From Neoconidiobolus thromboides FSU 785 (taxonomy: Eukaryota > Fungi > Entomophthoromycota), in NCBI GenBank assembly GCA_025603075.1, contig MU626295.1, positions 1 to 64,000 of the forward strand: a stretch of 64,000 nt of DNA. The letters run 5' to 3'. Of the stretch, positions 25,002-37,185 are shown in pieces. The position numbers and the translations under genes are program-made. Position 1 is the first letter of the stretch; the number at the start of each line of letters is the position of its first letter. The notes beneath the pieces are model-generated. The model saw nothing but the letters and a program-made list of their open reading frames with translations, was not told the origin of the DNA and made no database searches.

Positions 25002-25841
25002 ATGAAGAGTGAAAGCAAAGATTTATTTTCTAATCATTCAAAAAACTATGCGGTTTATCGTCCAACACATCAAAAGGATTTGATTGAATATCTAGTATCC
25101 TTTGTAAATGAAAAAAGGCTAGTATGGTAAGTCACTATGTCCATAATAAAATTCAAACTTTAATCATTCTTTAGGGATGTAGCCACTGGAAATGGTCAAG
25201 CTGCAAGTTTATTAGCGGATTATTTTGATAATGTAATAGCCACTGATCTAAGTGAAAAGCAAATTTCTGAAGCAATAAAAAAGCCTAATATAAGATATGA
25301 AGTAGAGCCAAGTGAAGCTATTGATTCCAATCTAATAGCTCCAAACTCGGTTGATTTAATCACTGTAGCTGTAGGTATACATTGGTTTCCACTCGATAAA
25401 TTCTATGAACGAGTTAATAAAGTATTAAAAAAAGGAGGGATTATAGCAGCTTGGACATATTATATACCAACAATTAATGAACAAGTTGATGAGGTACAAA
25501 ACAAAATTCACATTGAAAAAGTAAAACAATTTGAAGCTGAAGAAGTTAATTATGTAAGTAATGGATATGCTAATTTACCTTGGCCATTTAGAAAACCAGA
25601 TAATTTTCAATGTGGTGAGGATGGCGTTAACCAAAAATTTTCAGTAAGTAAAGAAATGGATTTTAATCAATATTGTGAGTTTTTTAAAACTAGTTCAGCT
25701 GCTCAATTATACTTTGAAAATAACGGAAAAGACATTATTCAAGATCACTACAATGAAATGCTTGAGGCTTGGGGTAAGAATCCATCTATTACTAGGAAAG
25801 TTACTTGGAACATTAAGCTGTTGCTTGGCGTCAAAGAATAA
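25002..25841 (+). CDS. Class I SAM-dependent methyltransferase, paralog B, 2 exons (25002-25126, 25175-25841)
   Basis: Same motifs as paralog A; 48-nt GT-AG intron; intact frame ending KLLLGVKE*. Confidence 0.92.
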
Positions 25842-25994
25842 CTAATTGTATAATAAAGTTAAGTTTATTGAATTTATTTTAATTTGCTTTAGATATTTTA
25901 AATAAGAATTTAAATTAATAAAATATTATTAGTAGTAGTATATTTTTATTTCAATATATAAATTTTCATTAAAATTATTGAAATGGTATGATAT

Positions 25995-26089
25995 GAGGAT
26001 GTTTTGTTTGGTTTCATCACTTTTTCCATTTTTCAAGCGCTATTTGAGTAGAAAGATTGTTAGTAAAATTCTTAAATAAATACATCCCC
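25995..26089 (-). mobile_element. MITE copy 10
   Basis: Reverse consensus match; ATAT on both flanks. Confidence 0.92.
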
Positions 26090-26363
26090 ATATATGACAA
26101 AGTATATAAGAGCCTTATTTTAAATCATAATAAATGTCATATATGTTCAATCTTAATTATCTTCACATTTTCTTATATAAATGGAATAAAATATTTTAAA
26201 CTACAAGTATAATATATAAAGAGTTATATAAAACTAAACAAGTATTGAACTCATTAGGTCATTTTAATAAACCTTCAAAACAAGTTTTATAATGAAATAG
26301 ATAATTAAATTTCAATATCACTTAAAACTAATCAGAAACATAAGATTAAGACTAGCAATATAT

Positions 26364-26462
26364 GGGGACGTATTTTTGCGTTTAAGAATTTTACTAACAA
26401 ATTTTCCGCTCGAGTAGCGCTTAAAAGGTGGAAAAAGTAATGAAGTCAAAAAAATCATCCCC
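26364..26462 (+). mobile_element. MITE copy 11, just 3' of tRNA-iMet
   Basis: ggggacgtattttt...tcatcccc; flanks ATAT/ATGT. Confidence 0.92.
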
Positions 26463-26499
26463 ATGTCTAAAAACTAAACTAATTGAAAAATTAGTAAGT

Positions 26500-26571
26500 T
26501 AGCAAATGTAGGTTTCGATCCTACGACCTCGGGGTTATGAGCCCCGCGCGCTTCCTCTGCGCCAATTTGCT
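26500..26571 (-). tRNA. Initiator tRNA-Met (CAT)
   Basis: 72-nt cloverleaf AGCAAAT...ATTTGCTA; A1-U72 pair, GGG/CCC anticodon stem, CAT anticodon, T-loop ATCGAAA (eukaryotic initiator signature); T-run terminator about 10 nt downstream. Confidence 0.97.
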
Positions 26572-27043
26572 ATAAATTATTGACTAACAATTTCTACTTA
26601 ACCTAATTTTTATTTTTTAGTTTACAAATAAGATCTAATGTTCTTGCAAAGGATCATAAATTATACTTAGTACGAATTCTAGTCAATAAGAACTATAGTA
26701 ACTTAGTTACTTCTTTTAATTCTATTTTAGAATGGTATTTCTTTTAATCAAATAAAATATATTAAATGGCAGTTACCAAGACAGTGGAAAACTAATAAGC
26801 GGTAGAATTTTGAATAGGGTTTAATAAAAATAGACTAAAAAAAGAGGGGGTGGATAAAAAAACTGGTAAGATAAGAGATGAATAAGAGGTACACTTAGAT
26901 TGGAGGATAAGTAAAAAGAAAAGAAGGAAACTTAGAAAAGGAAATAGGACTAGGGAATCGCAACTGGTTAAGGCAAAGTATTGAATTCAATCAAAAATAC
27001 CAAGTTTTCCGTATTATGGTTCTACTAAAATTAATATTATTTT

Positions 27044-27700
27044 TTAACGACAAATTACTTCCAGTTCATTATTGAATTCATAATCATATTCATTAAGTGC
27101 CAGCACGGTCCATAATAATGTCCTATTATTTTTACTATCCATTCTTTCTTCAGAATAAACCGAATCCGTATGAAACATCCAAAAATGACCATTATTACAA
27201 GATTCTAAACAGGCAATACATGGCTGTGTTATATGATACCCAATCTCATTACCACTATAAAAATTTAAATTTAGTTTTTTTATTTTTAATTACCAGTTGG
27301 ATTTTTTTATCAACTTTATACAAATTAATTGACTTACCATCCAAGACACGCTACATTACGTATACGACACCTACAATTCGGTGTCACATAATCTTCTTCA
27401 ATCAATTGCACACTAAAACAAAATTTTAATATTTCTATTTTTTTTTCAACTAGTTGATAAATAAACGTTACGATTTAGGTGGTGCATCAGTCGAATAAAG
27501 CTCTTTTTTTGTGTCTGCTAATAGCATTGCCTAAAAGAAAATAGCGTAAGTTGAATTTGCTTAATTATCTTAAAAAATTAAATTACCTTCATTCCACGAT
27601 TACAAATATATGTTTGACACGAACTACATTTTAATATACAAACAGATTTACTACGATAATGTTGCTGTACAGATGGATTGGGATTGAATCGGAAGGGCAT
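27044..27700 (-). CDS. FAM72-family zinc-binding protein, 4 exons (27700-27587, 27530-27472, 27412-27338, 27254-27044)
   Basis: Spliced protein: SVCILKCSSCQTYICNRGMK|AMLLADTKKELYSTDAPP...[42 protein letters not shown]...LLW, motif-for-motif with animal FAM72. All junctions are GT-AG and in phase. Absent from the ORF track. Confidence 0.93.
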
Positions 27701-30140
27701 ATTGCTATTGTTTATTGTTCAATTATATAAAATACAAATTTATTTTGGATTTTAAAGTCTATGAGATTAATAAAAATTTTAAAAAATTTAATTAAATTAT
27801 TCAATTCAATGGCTTAAATAGTCAGCCCTTTTTTTTTCTCAAATGGGCTTTAAACAGTCCTATTTTCAAAAAAAATAGAAAATAGAAAATATTATTTAAC
27901 TTTTTGCATGTTTAAGGTTTAAAATGCACCTATTTTGGTTAACCTACAGCTTTGTCATAGCTCATTTGAAGCATTTAAAAAATTTAATTGCTAGTCATTT
28001 TAACTAAACTTAGTAATTTTGCTTAAGATTTAGCCTCCTTCAAAAATTGCTAATGGATTTTATTGAAATTTATGGGCGTGGATATTAACTCAATTTTTGA
28101 ACTAAAATCCTATTTTTAAAAGAATCTAATATTATTGGTCGATCTTATTGGATTTTAGCCTATCTTTAAATTTTGATTGGCCAATACTATTTTTTGTTCA
28201 AGTTTTATTAACTTTTTCTAAATTAATTAGAAACTTAAATAAAAGTTGATAACAACAGCCATCTTATTTGAAGTTAACTCATTTTAATAAAATGTTAGAA
28301 TAATTAACAGTTATTATTGTTATTTATAATTGATTGATATTAATGAATGTTAACTATTTAATGATAAAAATCATCTTATTTTGCTGCTTTTCTTTTTACT
28401 TTATTAATAAAATTAGATTCTAGTTTTCTAACAAAATGAAATTAATTCAACACCCCCTTATACTTTTATTTAAAACCATCAACCCCTTACAAATAGTTAG
28501 CAAATAATAATTGAAATTTGAGGCAATTTAAATGTTATTATTGGATTATTATCCAATCTTTCAAATGTGGGGGATATATTAGTTCTCCTTTTTTCTATAG
28601 GATTATTAATAAATTTTCACTTTACCTTAAAAGAAGTTTAAAATCAAGAAGTTTAAAATCTAATATTAAACTGTTGAAGTTCAACACTCTTATGTTAATA
28701 GAACAATGGATTACTCATTTCCCTTTTAGTTAAAGTCATTGAGTCATTGGGTTGATATAGTTTCGATTTATTTAAGCTTAGTAAATTAGTTTCAATAAAA
28801 TGGTTTATTTATTGCGAATTTATTGTTTGATTTTTAAATTGATTTTAAAATGAAAATTTATTAGGTAAAACGAAATGAATAGCTTAAATTCATAAAAAGA
28901 TCCCATTTTAACTTAATAATTAAATTTCATTATAAGTTACTATTTTAACTATTAAACATTAAGGATTGCAATGTGGTAGAAATACTTCATGTTGCTCATT
29001 TGAATTTTTCATCTTTTTGAAGTAAAATTCAACTTATTATAAAACTACGTAATTCAGATTACAATCTAACAAATCTGAATACAAAAGTTCAAATTTTATA
29101 AAACAAATTCAAGTCATAATTCTTTGTTCATTTAACTATTAAAAATATAGATTTTTAATAAACATATTACTGACAATAACAGATAGTGATTTAAAACAAA
29201 TATCTAAATTGATAAGTTTAACGTTAATTTAATAGAATAATATAGAATAACATAGAATAACATCTTGATTATCTCAAGTTTCAACATATTAATACTTTGA
29301 GAATATTTAATATAAAATGATTGTTTATTTTGCTGTAAATAAATATTTTAAATTACAATTGAGTATTTCTATTTGTTTCTAAATAAAAGAATGTTCTTTT
29401 ATTTTTTAATTGAAGAATAAAGAGTTATCTGATACACATATAATCAAGATATATATAGTTTATTATATATAATAAACATCGTATCTGTTTAAAAATTAGT
29501 ATATAATAATTATAAACATAGCATTTTAAAAGAACACTCAGGATTATATAGTTAGAGATAGAATGACTCGATGGTTAAATGATCTAATATGGTTGAATTT
29601 AAAATAATAATATTATTAGCCATTTATAAACAATAATAAAGAAACATAATAATTATATGATAAAATACAGAATTAAACTTACTAAACTAGGAATACTAAT
29701 ATTTTAATAAAAACAATCTCCATCTATTATGTTAGCTTTTTATTCTTTTATTTCGTATAACAAACATTTTTTTAATATGAACATTTTATAATATGAATAT
29801 ATTATTAATTAGTTCTATTATAATTTACCAAATAAACCCTATCTAATAAAATATTATTTACTATTAGCAATAAAATACAGTATTGTAACTTAACTCTTAT
29901 CGTAAGAGTCATCGCATCAATAATTGGTGGGATTAATCCCATTTTACCGAAAATGGCCAATGAAATTTACTAAAAAAAGAATAGTTAAAGATAACCTTTT
30001 AATTTTATTATTAAATTCAACTCAACTGACTTAAATTATAAAAAATAAGTATAAAATAAAAAGATAGTTGAACTCTGTTGGTTGTTCTCGTGTGGATTGT
30101 TAAGTTAGATAAATTATATAAAATAAAATTTTAATTGGAA

Positions 30141-31312
30141 ATGAGTGAATATCAATTTCCAACTCATAGATTAGCTACCGCTTTAGAAGGTATTTCCTAT
30201 TGATTGTTATATACTTTTTATATGTTTGACTTCAATAAATAAAAGACAATCTCATTTTAAAACTCAATATTTAATTCATTTTCAACTCTACAGATGAATC
30301 TCGTACCCCATTAATATTAGTAGCATGTGGTTCCTTTTCACCAATTACTTATTTACATCTAAGAATATTTGGTAAGTATTATTTAATCTTCATCTTTTTT
30401 ATTTCTCTTAACATCCTCAAACTCATTACTAATTCATCTCCTTTTTCATAAATGTAGAAATGGCTCGTGATCACATTCAAGATTTAGGGAAATTTGAATT
30501 AATAGCAGGCTATTTTTCCCCTGTTTCGGATAAATATCAAAAAGAAGGTTTGGCTAAAAGTGAACATCGAGTCAACATGTGTCGTATGGCAGTAGATTCT
30601 ACTTCAAATTGGTTAATGGTAGACGATTGGGAAGCTAGTCAACCTACTTATCAGAGGTCTGTATTAGTACTGGATCATTTTGATAAAGAAATCAATCAAG
30701 TCAGAGGAGGGGTAGTGACTAAAAGTGGTAAGTTAGACGATAGAAGAGGAATACAATAATTGAAGTTTATTCATTATTTTGAATTTTATTAGGTATTCAT
30801 AAAAAAGTTAAAATTATGTTATTAGCTGGTGGGGATTTAATCGAATCTTTCGGTATACCGGGACTTTGGGATCCATTTGATGTAATTTTTATTTATTTTT
30901 AAATTTCATTCATTAATATAAAATATATAGTTAAATAGGATTCTTGGAGAATATGGTACAGTGGTAGTTGAAAGGACAGGAGTTGATGTTTATGGATTTT
31001 TATTAGCTAATGATAGTATTTATCAACATAGAGTAAGTTTATGTGTTATTATAGAAATAAGTCAGTTCTAATTTTTGTTTTTCATTTTGATTATTTATAG
31101 AAAAATGTAATTGTAGTTAAACAATTAATTCATAATGATATATCATCTACAAAGATAAGGTAAATTTCAATTTACTTTTTTTTAAAATAGAAAATAATTT
31201 CAATGTTTTTATTTATATTAGATTATTTGTTAAACGAGGTATGAGTATCAAATATTTATTACCAAATCAAGTAATTGATTATATTAACAAACATGATTTA
31301 TATAAACAATAA
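30141..31312 (+). CDS. NMA1: Nicotinamide/nicotinate mononucleotide adenylyltransferase (NMNAT), 7 exons
   Basis: LVACGSFSPITYLHLRIFEMARD, WLMVDDWE, MLLAGGDLIESF, ISSTKIRLFVKRGMSIKYLLP. Confidence 0.95.
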
Positions 31313-31550
31313 TAACATATTTTTTTAATACAAAACTTTTATTTATTTTTTAATATTAATTATAAACATTAATTAGATCTTTAAATCTTATTAATATTAT
31401 ACTAATTAATTTATTCAACATAAAAAATAAATATATCAACTCTCTACATTTTACTTTATTATTAATAATCTTAACATATTAAATTATAAATTTTATTAAT
31501 TTAGTCTACTTTTATACAACAATCTAATCTAGTTCAAATTCAATTTTACC

Positions 31551-33986
31551 TTAATTTCTTTTAATGAAATAAATTATTCTTTTAGATTCCAGCAACTGAG
31601 GATGTTTTTCGATTATTTTATCAAACTCAATAAAATCTTTATTTTTAGCACAACAATAAGCAAAATTTTCCAATACTTTAGTATCCCATTTATCTTCATT
31701 ATTGATAAAAACCTCCTTTAAAAACTCAAACAACTCTTTATTATTCAACGCATTTTTAATTAAACATTGATAAGGTTCATTAAATTCATTAAATTCTTTT
31801 TCTTGATTTTTAAAATAAGCAATAAAAAAAGCAGTCCCTAAATGATTTTGAATATTTTCTAATAAAATAGAATGTAATATCCCATCTTTTTTTAAATTTA
31901 ATTTACTTAATAATTCTAAAAATTTATAAACATCAGATAATCCTCCTTTAAACATATGTCTTCCAATTAAACTAGTATAATTAATTAAGTCTAATTGAAT
32001 ATTTTGTTTTTCCATTTGTAGAAAGATTTCTTTTGCTAAACTTAATTTACCAACTTTAATAAATCCTCTTGTTAATACAGAATATAATATTTTATTTGGT
32101 AATAATCCTTCCTTTTTCAATTTTAGTAAAATACTTTGCACCATATTTAAATCTTGTTTTTTTAGATAATAATTAATAATTTGTGTATATAAAGGTAAGT
32201 CCCCTTTAATATTATACTTTATCATTAAATTAATACTATTTTCAATTTCAAGATGTTGATTAGATTGAATCAAATTATGAATTAAATAAGCAAAATTCTT
32301 TAATTGAGGTGTAATACCTTGTTGATTTAACTGTAAAAAAAATTTAATTACTTGTTCATATTGTTGATTTAAAATATATTCTTTTATAATTATATTAATC
32401 AAATCTACTGTCGGATATGTTTCTGTTTCTATTATATCTAAGAAAGTTTCTACTAATAATAAATATTCCTTGTTTAAATTTAATATTCTCATTATATATT
32501 CAATACTATTCATTGTTAATGTAACTTCCATTTCTTTAGAATAATTAAACAAATCTAATGTTGAATTTAAATTTAATGTTTGACTTAATAATTTAAATCC
32601 AATTTCGAAAGTATAACTAGTTAACGGTAATTGTAATTGTTTAATATCTTGAATTAATAATAATCCGATTTCTTCCTTATTACTTTTATAATAACTACTC
32701 ATTAATTGATGATAACTTTTAATTGAATAAATCTTTTTTTCTTTTAATTCTTTGATTAGTTTAGTTGCTAACTCTAATTCTTTTTCCTCACATAAATATT
32801 TGATAATAGAATCTATTAAGTTTTCTTTTGCTAATACTTTTAATTCCACATTAACTTCACTTTCATCTATTTTGTTTAGTAATAAAAAATAATCTGGCAT
32901 CAATGGGCAATATTTTAATATCAAAAAATTAACAAAACAGTTACCATGAATAAAATTTAATTGATTTAATGGAATTTGATTTAATATTCTGTCAATGTTA
33001 TTAATTTCTTTCCTTTTTAAACAAACAGTAATTAATTGAGATTGAAATTGAGTAGATGGTACACCACCTAACTTTATAAATTGATTATAACTATTTTTTG
33101 TTTTTTCCAAATCATTATTTTTCAAATATCCTTTACCCATAGTAATAAATAAATTCTCATCTAAAATATTTCCTGTTTTATTCCTATATTTCTCCATAAT
33201 CTCTTCTGCGTCTATCATTCGATTTTGATTCACAAAAAAAGCTATAATTTTATTGAGAATGAAGGAAGGTAAACTCAAATCAAACAAATTCAAAAATAAT
33301 TTTAAATTACTTGCATCTTTTCGATCTACAAATGCCATCAATAAAGCCATTTTAACTTTATCTGAATGTGAACTCAAATTCTGTGATATTAATTTCAAAA
33401 GTTTAATACTAGTTAATGTTCTACTTTCTTTACCTAATTTTTGGATTAAAATAACTAATATTTTATCATTTAAATCCATCTGTTTTTCTTTCATTTCATT
33501 TAATAAAATCCAACATTCTTCAAACCTATTAGTGGAAGCAAAAGAATACATTAATTGTTCATAATGTTGTATATTCATTTCTTTAGATGATAGTTTATAA
33601 TCTTTAATAATCCTTAATACTCTACTAACTCTATCCTTTTCGCAGCTTTTATTCATCTGAATTAACAAATTAGTCAAATCAACACTATCTAAATACTTTA
33701 TAACCTTTGTTGAATTGTAATGATTCCAAATTTCTTCTACTTCTCCTTCTCTTTCTCCTTCTTTTACTAATTTCAAATGCTCTATATAAGATTGATTTAT
33801 TAACTCCTTCTTCTTATTCTCTAATTTTTGTAATATATCTAAATGTTTCTTTTTACTATCATTAATTAGAAATAGCTCAGTTAACTTAGGTATTTGTATA
33901 TTACTATCAATAGTTATACTTCGCTTTAAATTAAATAAAAAATTATTATTTTTTAATCCATTATTTCTGATTCTAGTTTGTAACAT
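31551..33986 (-). CDS. Pentatricopeptide-repeat protein, mitochondrial, 811 aa, intronless
   Basis: Presequence-like N-terminus (MLQTRIRNN...LKRS); many ~35-aa PPR motifs (HYEQLMYSFASTNRFEECWILLNEM, PNKILYSVLTRGFIKVGKLSLAKEIFLQM). Confidence 0.9.
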   Translation of the reverse strand: MLQTRIRNNGLKNNNFLFNLKRSITIDSNIQIPKLTELFLINDSKKKHLDILQKLENKKKELINQSYIEHLKLVKEGEREGEVEEIWNHYNSTKVIKYLDSVDLTNLLIQMNKSCEKDRVSRVLRIIKDYKLSSKEMNIQHYEQLMYSFASTNRFEECWILLNEMKEKQMDLNDKILVILIQKLGKESRTLTSIKLLKLISQNLSSHSDKVKMALLMAFVDRKDASNLKLFLNLFDLSLPSFILNKIIAFFVNQNRMIDAEEIMEKYRNKTGNILDENLFITMGKGYLKNNDLEKTKNSYNQFIKLGGVPSTQFQSQLITVCLKRKEINNIDRILNQIPLNQLNFIHGNCFVNFLILKYCPLMPDYFLLLNKIDESEVNVELKVLAKENLIDSIIKYLCEEKELELATKLIKELKEKKIYSIKSYHQLMSSYYKSNKEEIGLLLIQDIKQLQLPLTSYTFEIGFKLLSQTLNLNSTLDLFNYSKEMEVTLTMNSIEYIMRILNLNKEYLLLVETFLDIIETETYPTVDLINIIIKEYILNQQYEQVIKFFLQLNQQGITPQLKNFAYLIHNLIQSNQHLEIENSINLMIKYNIKGDLPLYTQIINYYLKKQDLNMVQSILLKLKKEGLLPNKILYSVLTRGFIKVGKLSLAKEIFLQMEKQNIQLDLINYTSLIGRHMFKGGLSDVYKFLELLSKLNLKKDGILHSILLENIQNHLGTAFFIAYFKNQEKEFNEFNEPYQCLIKNALNNKELFEFLKEVFINNEDKWDTKVLENFAYCCAKNKDFIEFDKIIEKHPQLLESKRIIYFIKRN

Positions 33987-34281
33987 TATGGCTCTCTCTA
34001 TATTAAATTAGTTTTTAAAAAATGGATTATCTATTGTTAAAAAAACAAAGTTTAAATTAAATTTTTCAACTACTCATCCCTTCTTAATAGTTGCAAAATT
34101 TTCAATCTTTTTTCAACTGCAATTTTCCAACTTGGTTGATTTCACTCAATAAAAATTGCTTATCCCCTCTAACCAATAAAATGTCCCATCCTTCTCTATT
34201 ACTAATACTCAAATGATTAACTCTTTAAACTGAGCACTAAAACCAAACTATTTTTAATAAAACAATACAATAATTGGCAAA

Positions 34282-34830
34282 ATGGATCCTAATGGAAAAC
34301 CGTGTCGAGTATGTTCTGATTTTCAAGGTTGGACGAAAGAGGTGAGTGGTAAATCAGCTTCCAATAAAAATTCCAATTCAACCAACAAAGATGTCAACTC
34401 CAGCACAAAAACAACGGATGATGCTACTACTATCCATGGAAGAAAATCCAATTCGACTTCTACAACTAATATCAAACATAAAGAAAAGCTCCCTTGTCCT
34501 CCAGATTATGTTGAATTAGGTAACAGCACCTGGACTTTCCTCCATAGTACTGCTGCTTATTATCCAAATCAGCCATCGGAAATTCAAAAATCATCCATGT
34601 ATAATTTATTGCAAAGTGTTTCTCAACTTTACCCTTGTCAACCATGTGCTGAACATATGCGAGAAGAAATAGTAAAAAATCCACCAAAGGTAGGGAATAA
34701 ACTAGAAGCTTCTAATTGGTTATGTTGGTTTCACAATGAAGTAAATGTACTATTAGGTAAAGAAAAGTTTGATTGTAATAGAGTATTAGAAAGATGGTAT
34801 ACTGGACCAGAGGATGGGAGTTGCGATTAA
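34282..34830 (+). CDS. ERV1: FAD-linked sulfhydryl oxidase Erv1/ALR
   Basis: N-terminal shuttle CRVC, PPDYVELGNSTWTFLH, redox YPCQPCA, structural C-x16-C (CWFHNEVNVLLGKEKFDC). Confidence 0.96.
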   Translation: MDPNGKPCRVCSDFQGWTKEVSGKSASNKNSNSTNKDVNSSTKTTDDATTIHGRKSNSTSTTNIKHKEKLPCPPDYVELGNSTWTFLHSTAAYYPNQPSEIQKSSMYNLLQSVSQLYPCQPCAEHMREEIVKNPPKVGNKLEASNWLCWFHNEVNVLLGKEKFDCNRVLERWYTGPEDGSCD

Positions 34831-35070
34831 GATATTGATTAGATTCAGTTAAAATTATTAGAGTAGTTTAAATTATAAATATAAAAATTGAAATGATTAT
34901 TTTTGTATTGTATAATATTATTAATATTAAAATAAAGTAAAATTATAAAATTTATTATTCAACCAATTTTATTTTAAAGCATCAAAAAATTCAATATATA
35001 CTTAAAGTTGGGTCAATATCAGACAACTTTAATTAATTTCATCTATTATATTCTAATTTAAAAAAACTTC

Positions 35071-37185
35071 TTAATATCTATCATTTCTACCGCCTCTAAA
35101 ATTATTTCCTCTGGAATAAGTATCATTGGAATTTCTATTACCATATGACTTATTTCTATCCATGTTTCTATTATTATTTCTATCCCTATTGTTAAATCCT
35201 CTATTATTGTCTCGTTCATTGTTACCATAACGATTCATTAACACGCTAGTGCGTTGGCCAAATTTTTTATTTTTTCGATCATTTAATTGTTTCAATGCAT
35301 TAGCTTTCACCACTTCTGGTAATTCTTCACATACTTTAACTTCCAATTTATACTCCTCATCTTCTTCTTTTAACTTTTCCATCCCTTCCATAATGTTATC
35401 TAAGCTATTATAACTGACATCAAATACAATACCACTTCCCTGCTTCAATGGAGAAATGTTACTCATTTTGACTTCTTCTGGATCCAATTTCATATTTTTA
35501 TAAATTAAATCCAATAAATCACCGGTACGATTAGTACCCTCAATAATTAATGTAATTTTACCATCCGTAGCGTCTATTAAAGATCTTGATTCGGCACCCG
35601 ATAGTGAAGGATTATTTTTAATTGAAGCTTCAAAACAAGTGGCTAATATAAGTTCTGGATTCTCTTTAATATTCTCTGGTAAATTGTTATATTGAGAAGA
35701 GATTAATTTTTTAATCTCATTATTAACGGATTTAACCCTTGAAATACTTTTCATAAAATCCTCAAAAATAGAAGCTCGGAAATCGGCCATAGTGGGTGCT
35801 CTAACAATCTTAAATTGAACCCCGGTATGTTGTTGAATTTTATGATAAATCTCAGCATCTTGCTTAGGGTTAAATAACATTACATTAGTACCAAAATTCC
35901 CTGCTCTACCAGTACGTCCCGATCGATGAATAAAGGTTTCTGGATTATTAGGTGGTTCCGCTTGAATCACCAATTCAACATTAGAAATATCTAAACCACG
36001 GGCCGCCACATCCGTTGCAACTAAGCAAGAAATTTTACCTGATTTAAAATTATTCAATGCAATTTCTCTAGAGCTTTGACTCACATCTCCATGAAGAGCA
36101 ATAGCATTAACTCCATTTAATTTATTTAAACTAGTAACTAAGGTATCACAATAACTTTTAGTTTGGCAGAACACTACACAACGTCCGCTTTTAGATAATT
36201 CCCCTTGTAAAAGACCAGCTATAGTAGTTGGTATTTGTTTATAAAGTGTAGGAATAGCCAATTGTTTCACATTTTTACTTGCTTTTAAACTTTCATCACC
36301 AACATGATCCACAGTAATATAATCCTTACTTAAATATTTACGAATTGTTTTTTTAATCCATTCAGGTAATGTAGCTGAAAATAATAAAAATTGAAATGGT
36401 TGAGCATTACCAATTGTTTCAATTCGTTGGGTACGTACACAATTAATAATATCATCCAATTCTTTTGAAAACCCAATGTCTAACATATGATCTGCTTCAT
36501 CTAATATTAATGTTTCAATTTCAGTTAATTTTAAATGCCCTTTGTTAATTAAATCTTGAACTCGGCCAGGGGTACCAACGACTATATCCACACCTTCTCT
36601 TAATTTGTTTTCTTGGGGACGATATGGAGAGCCCCCATAGATACAAAGGGTAGAATAAGAATTAGCTACTAATTTAGTTATTTCTTTTTCAACTTGAGAA
36701 GCAAGTTCTCTGGTAGGTGCTAAGATTAACACCCTTGGGGTGCGAGATCGAAGTTTATTACGTTCTAATTTTTCAATAACTGGTAAAGCAAATGCCAACG
36801 TTTTTCCAGTACCAGTTCCTATTAAAAAAAGATTTGTTATTAAAAAAAGAAGAACTCAAGAAAAAAAAAACTTACTAGCTCTACCTACTAAGTCTTTGCC
36901 TTCAACGATATGTTTAAAACAATCGGTTTGGATTGAAAACAAGGATTCAATCTTATTCTTTTTTAACGAGCTTTGAAGTAATGGGGATAAGTTTAAATCC
37001 TCCATATTAAACTCATTTTTAAATTCTTGCTGTTCATTAACTTCAATTTCTTGTGGTAATGAAGCTAATTTATTATTAGTATTGAAAGAAGCTTGGAAAA
37101 TCTTGATGTTGGAATACTTTGAGCTTCTTTTGATGCATTTAGAAGCTAAATTGAACCCCCTTTGTAAATTGATAAGTCTTAACAT
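35071..37185 (-). CDS. DEAD-box RNA helicase, DDX21/RH-II(Gu)-like, with mitochondrial-type presequence; 2 exons (37185-36876, 36818-35071)
   Basis: Q motif LFSIQ, GRA|RTGTGKT, LAPTRELA, DEADHML, FSAT, TDVAARGLDI, HRSGRTGRAG; C-terminal GUCT-like region and RGG/Asn tail. Confidence 0.9.

Noticed and set aside
28569-28660. Possible very old MITE copy (atgt-gggggatatatt...aaattttcact)
   Set aside because: Weak similarity and no recognisable right terminus; not counted among the 21 copies.
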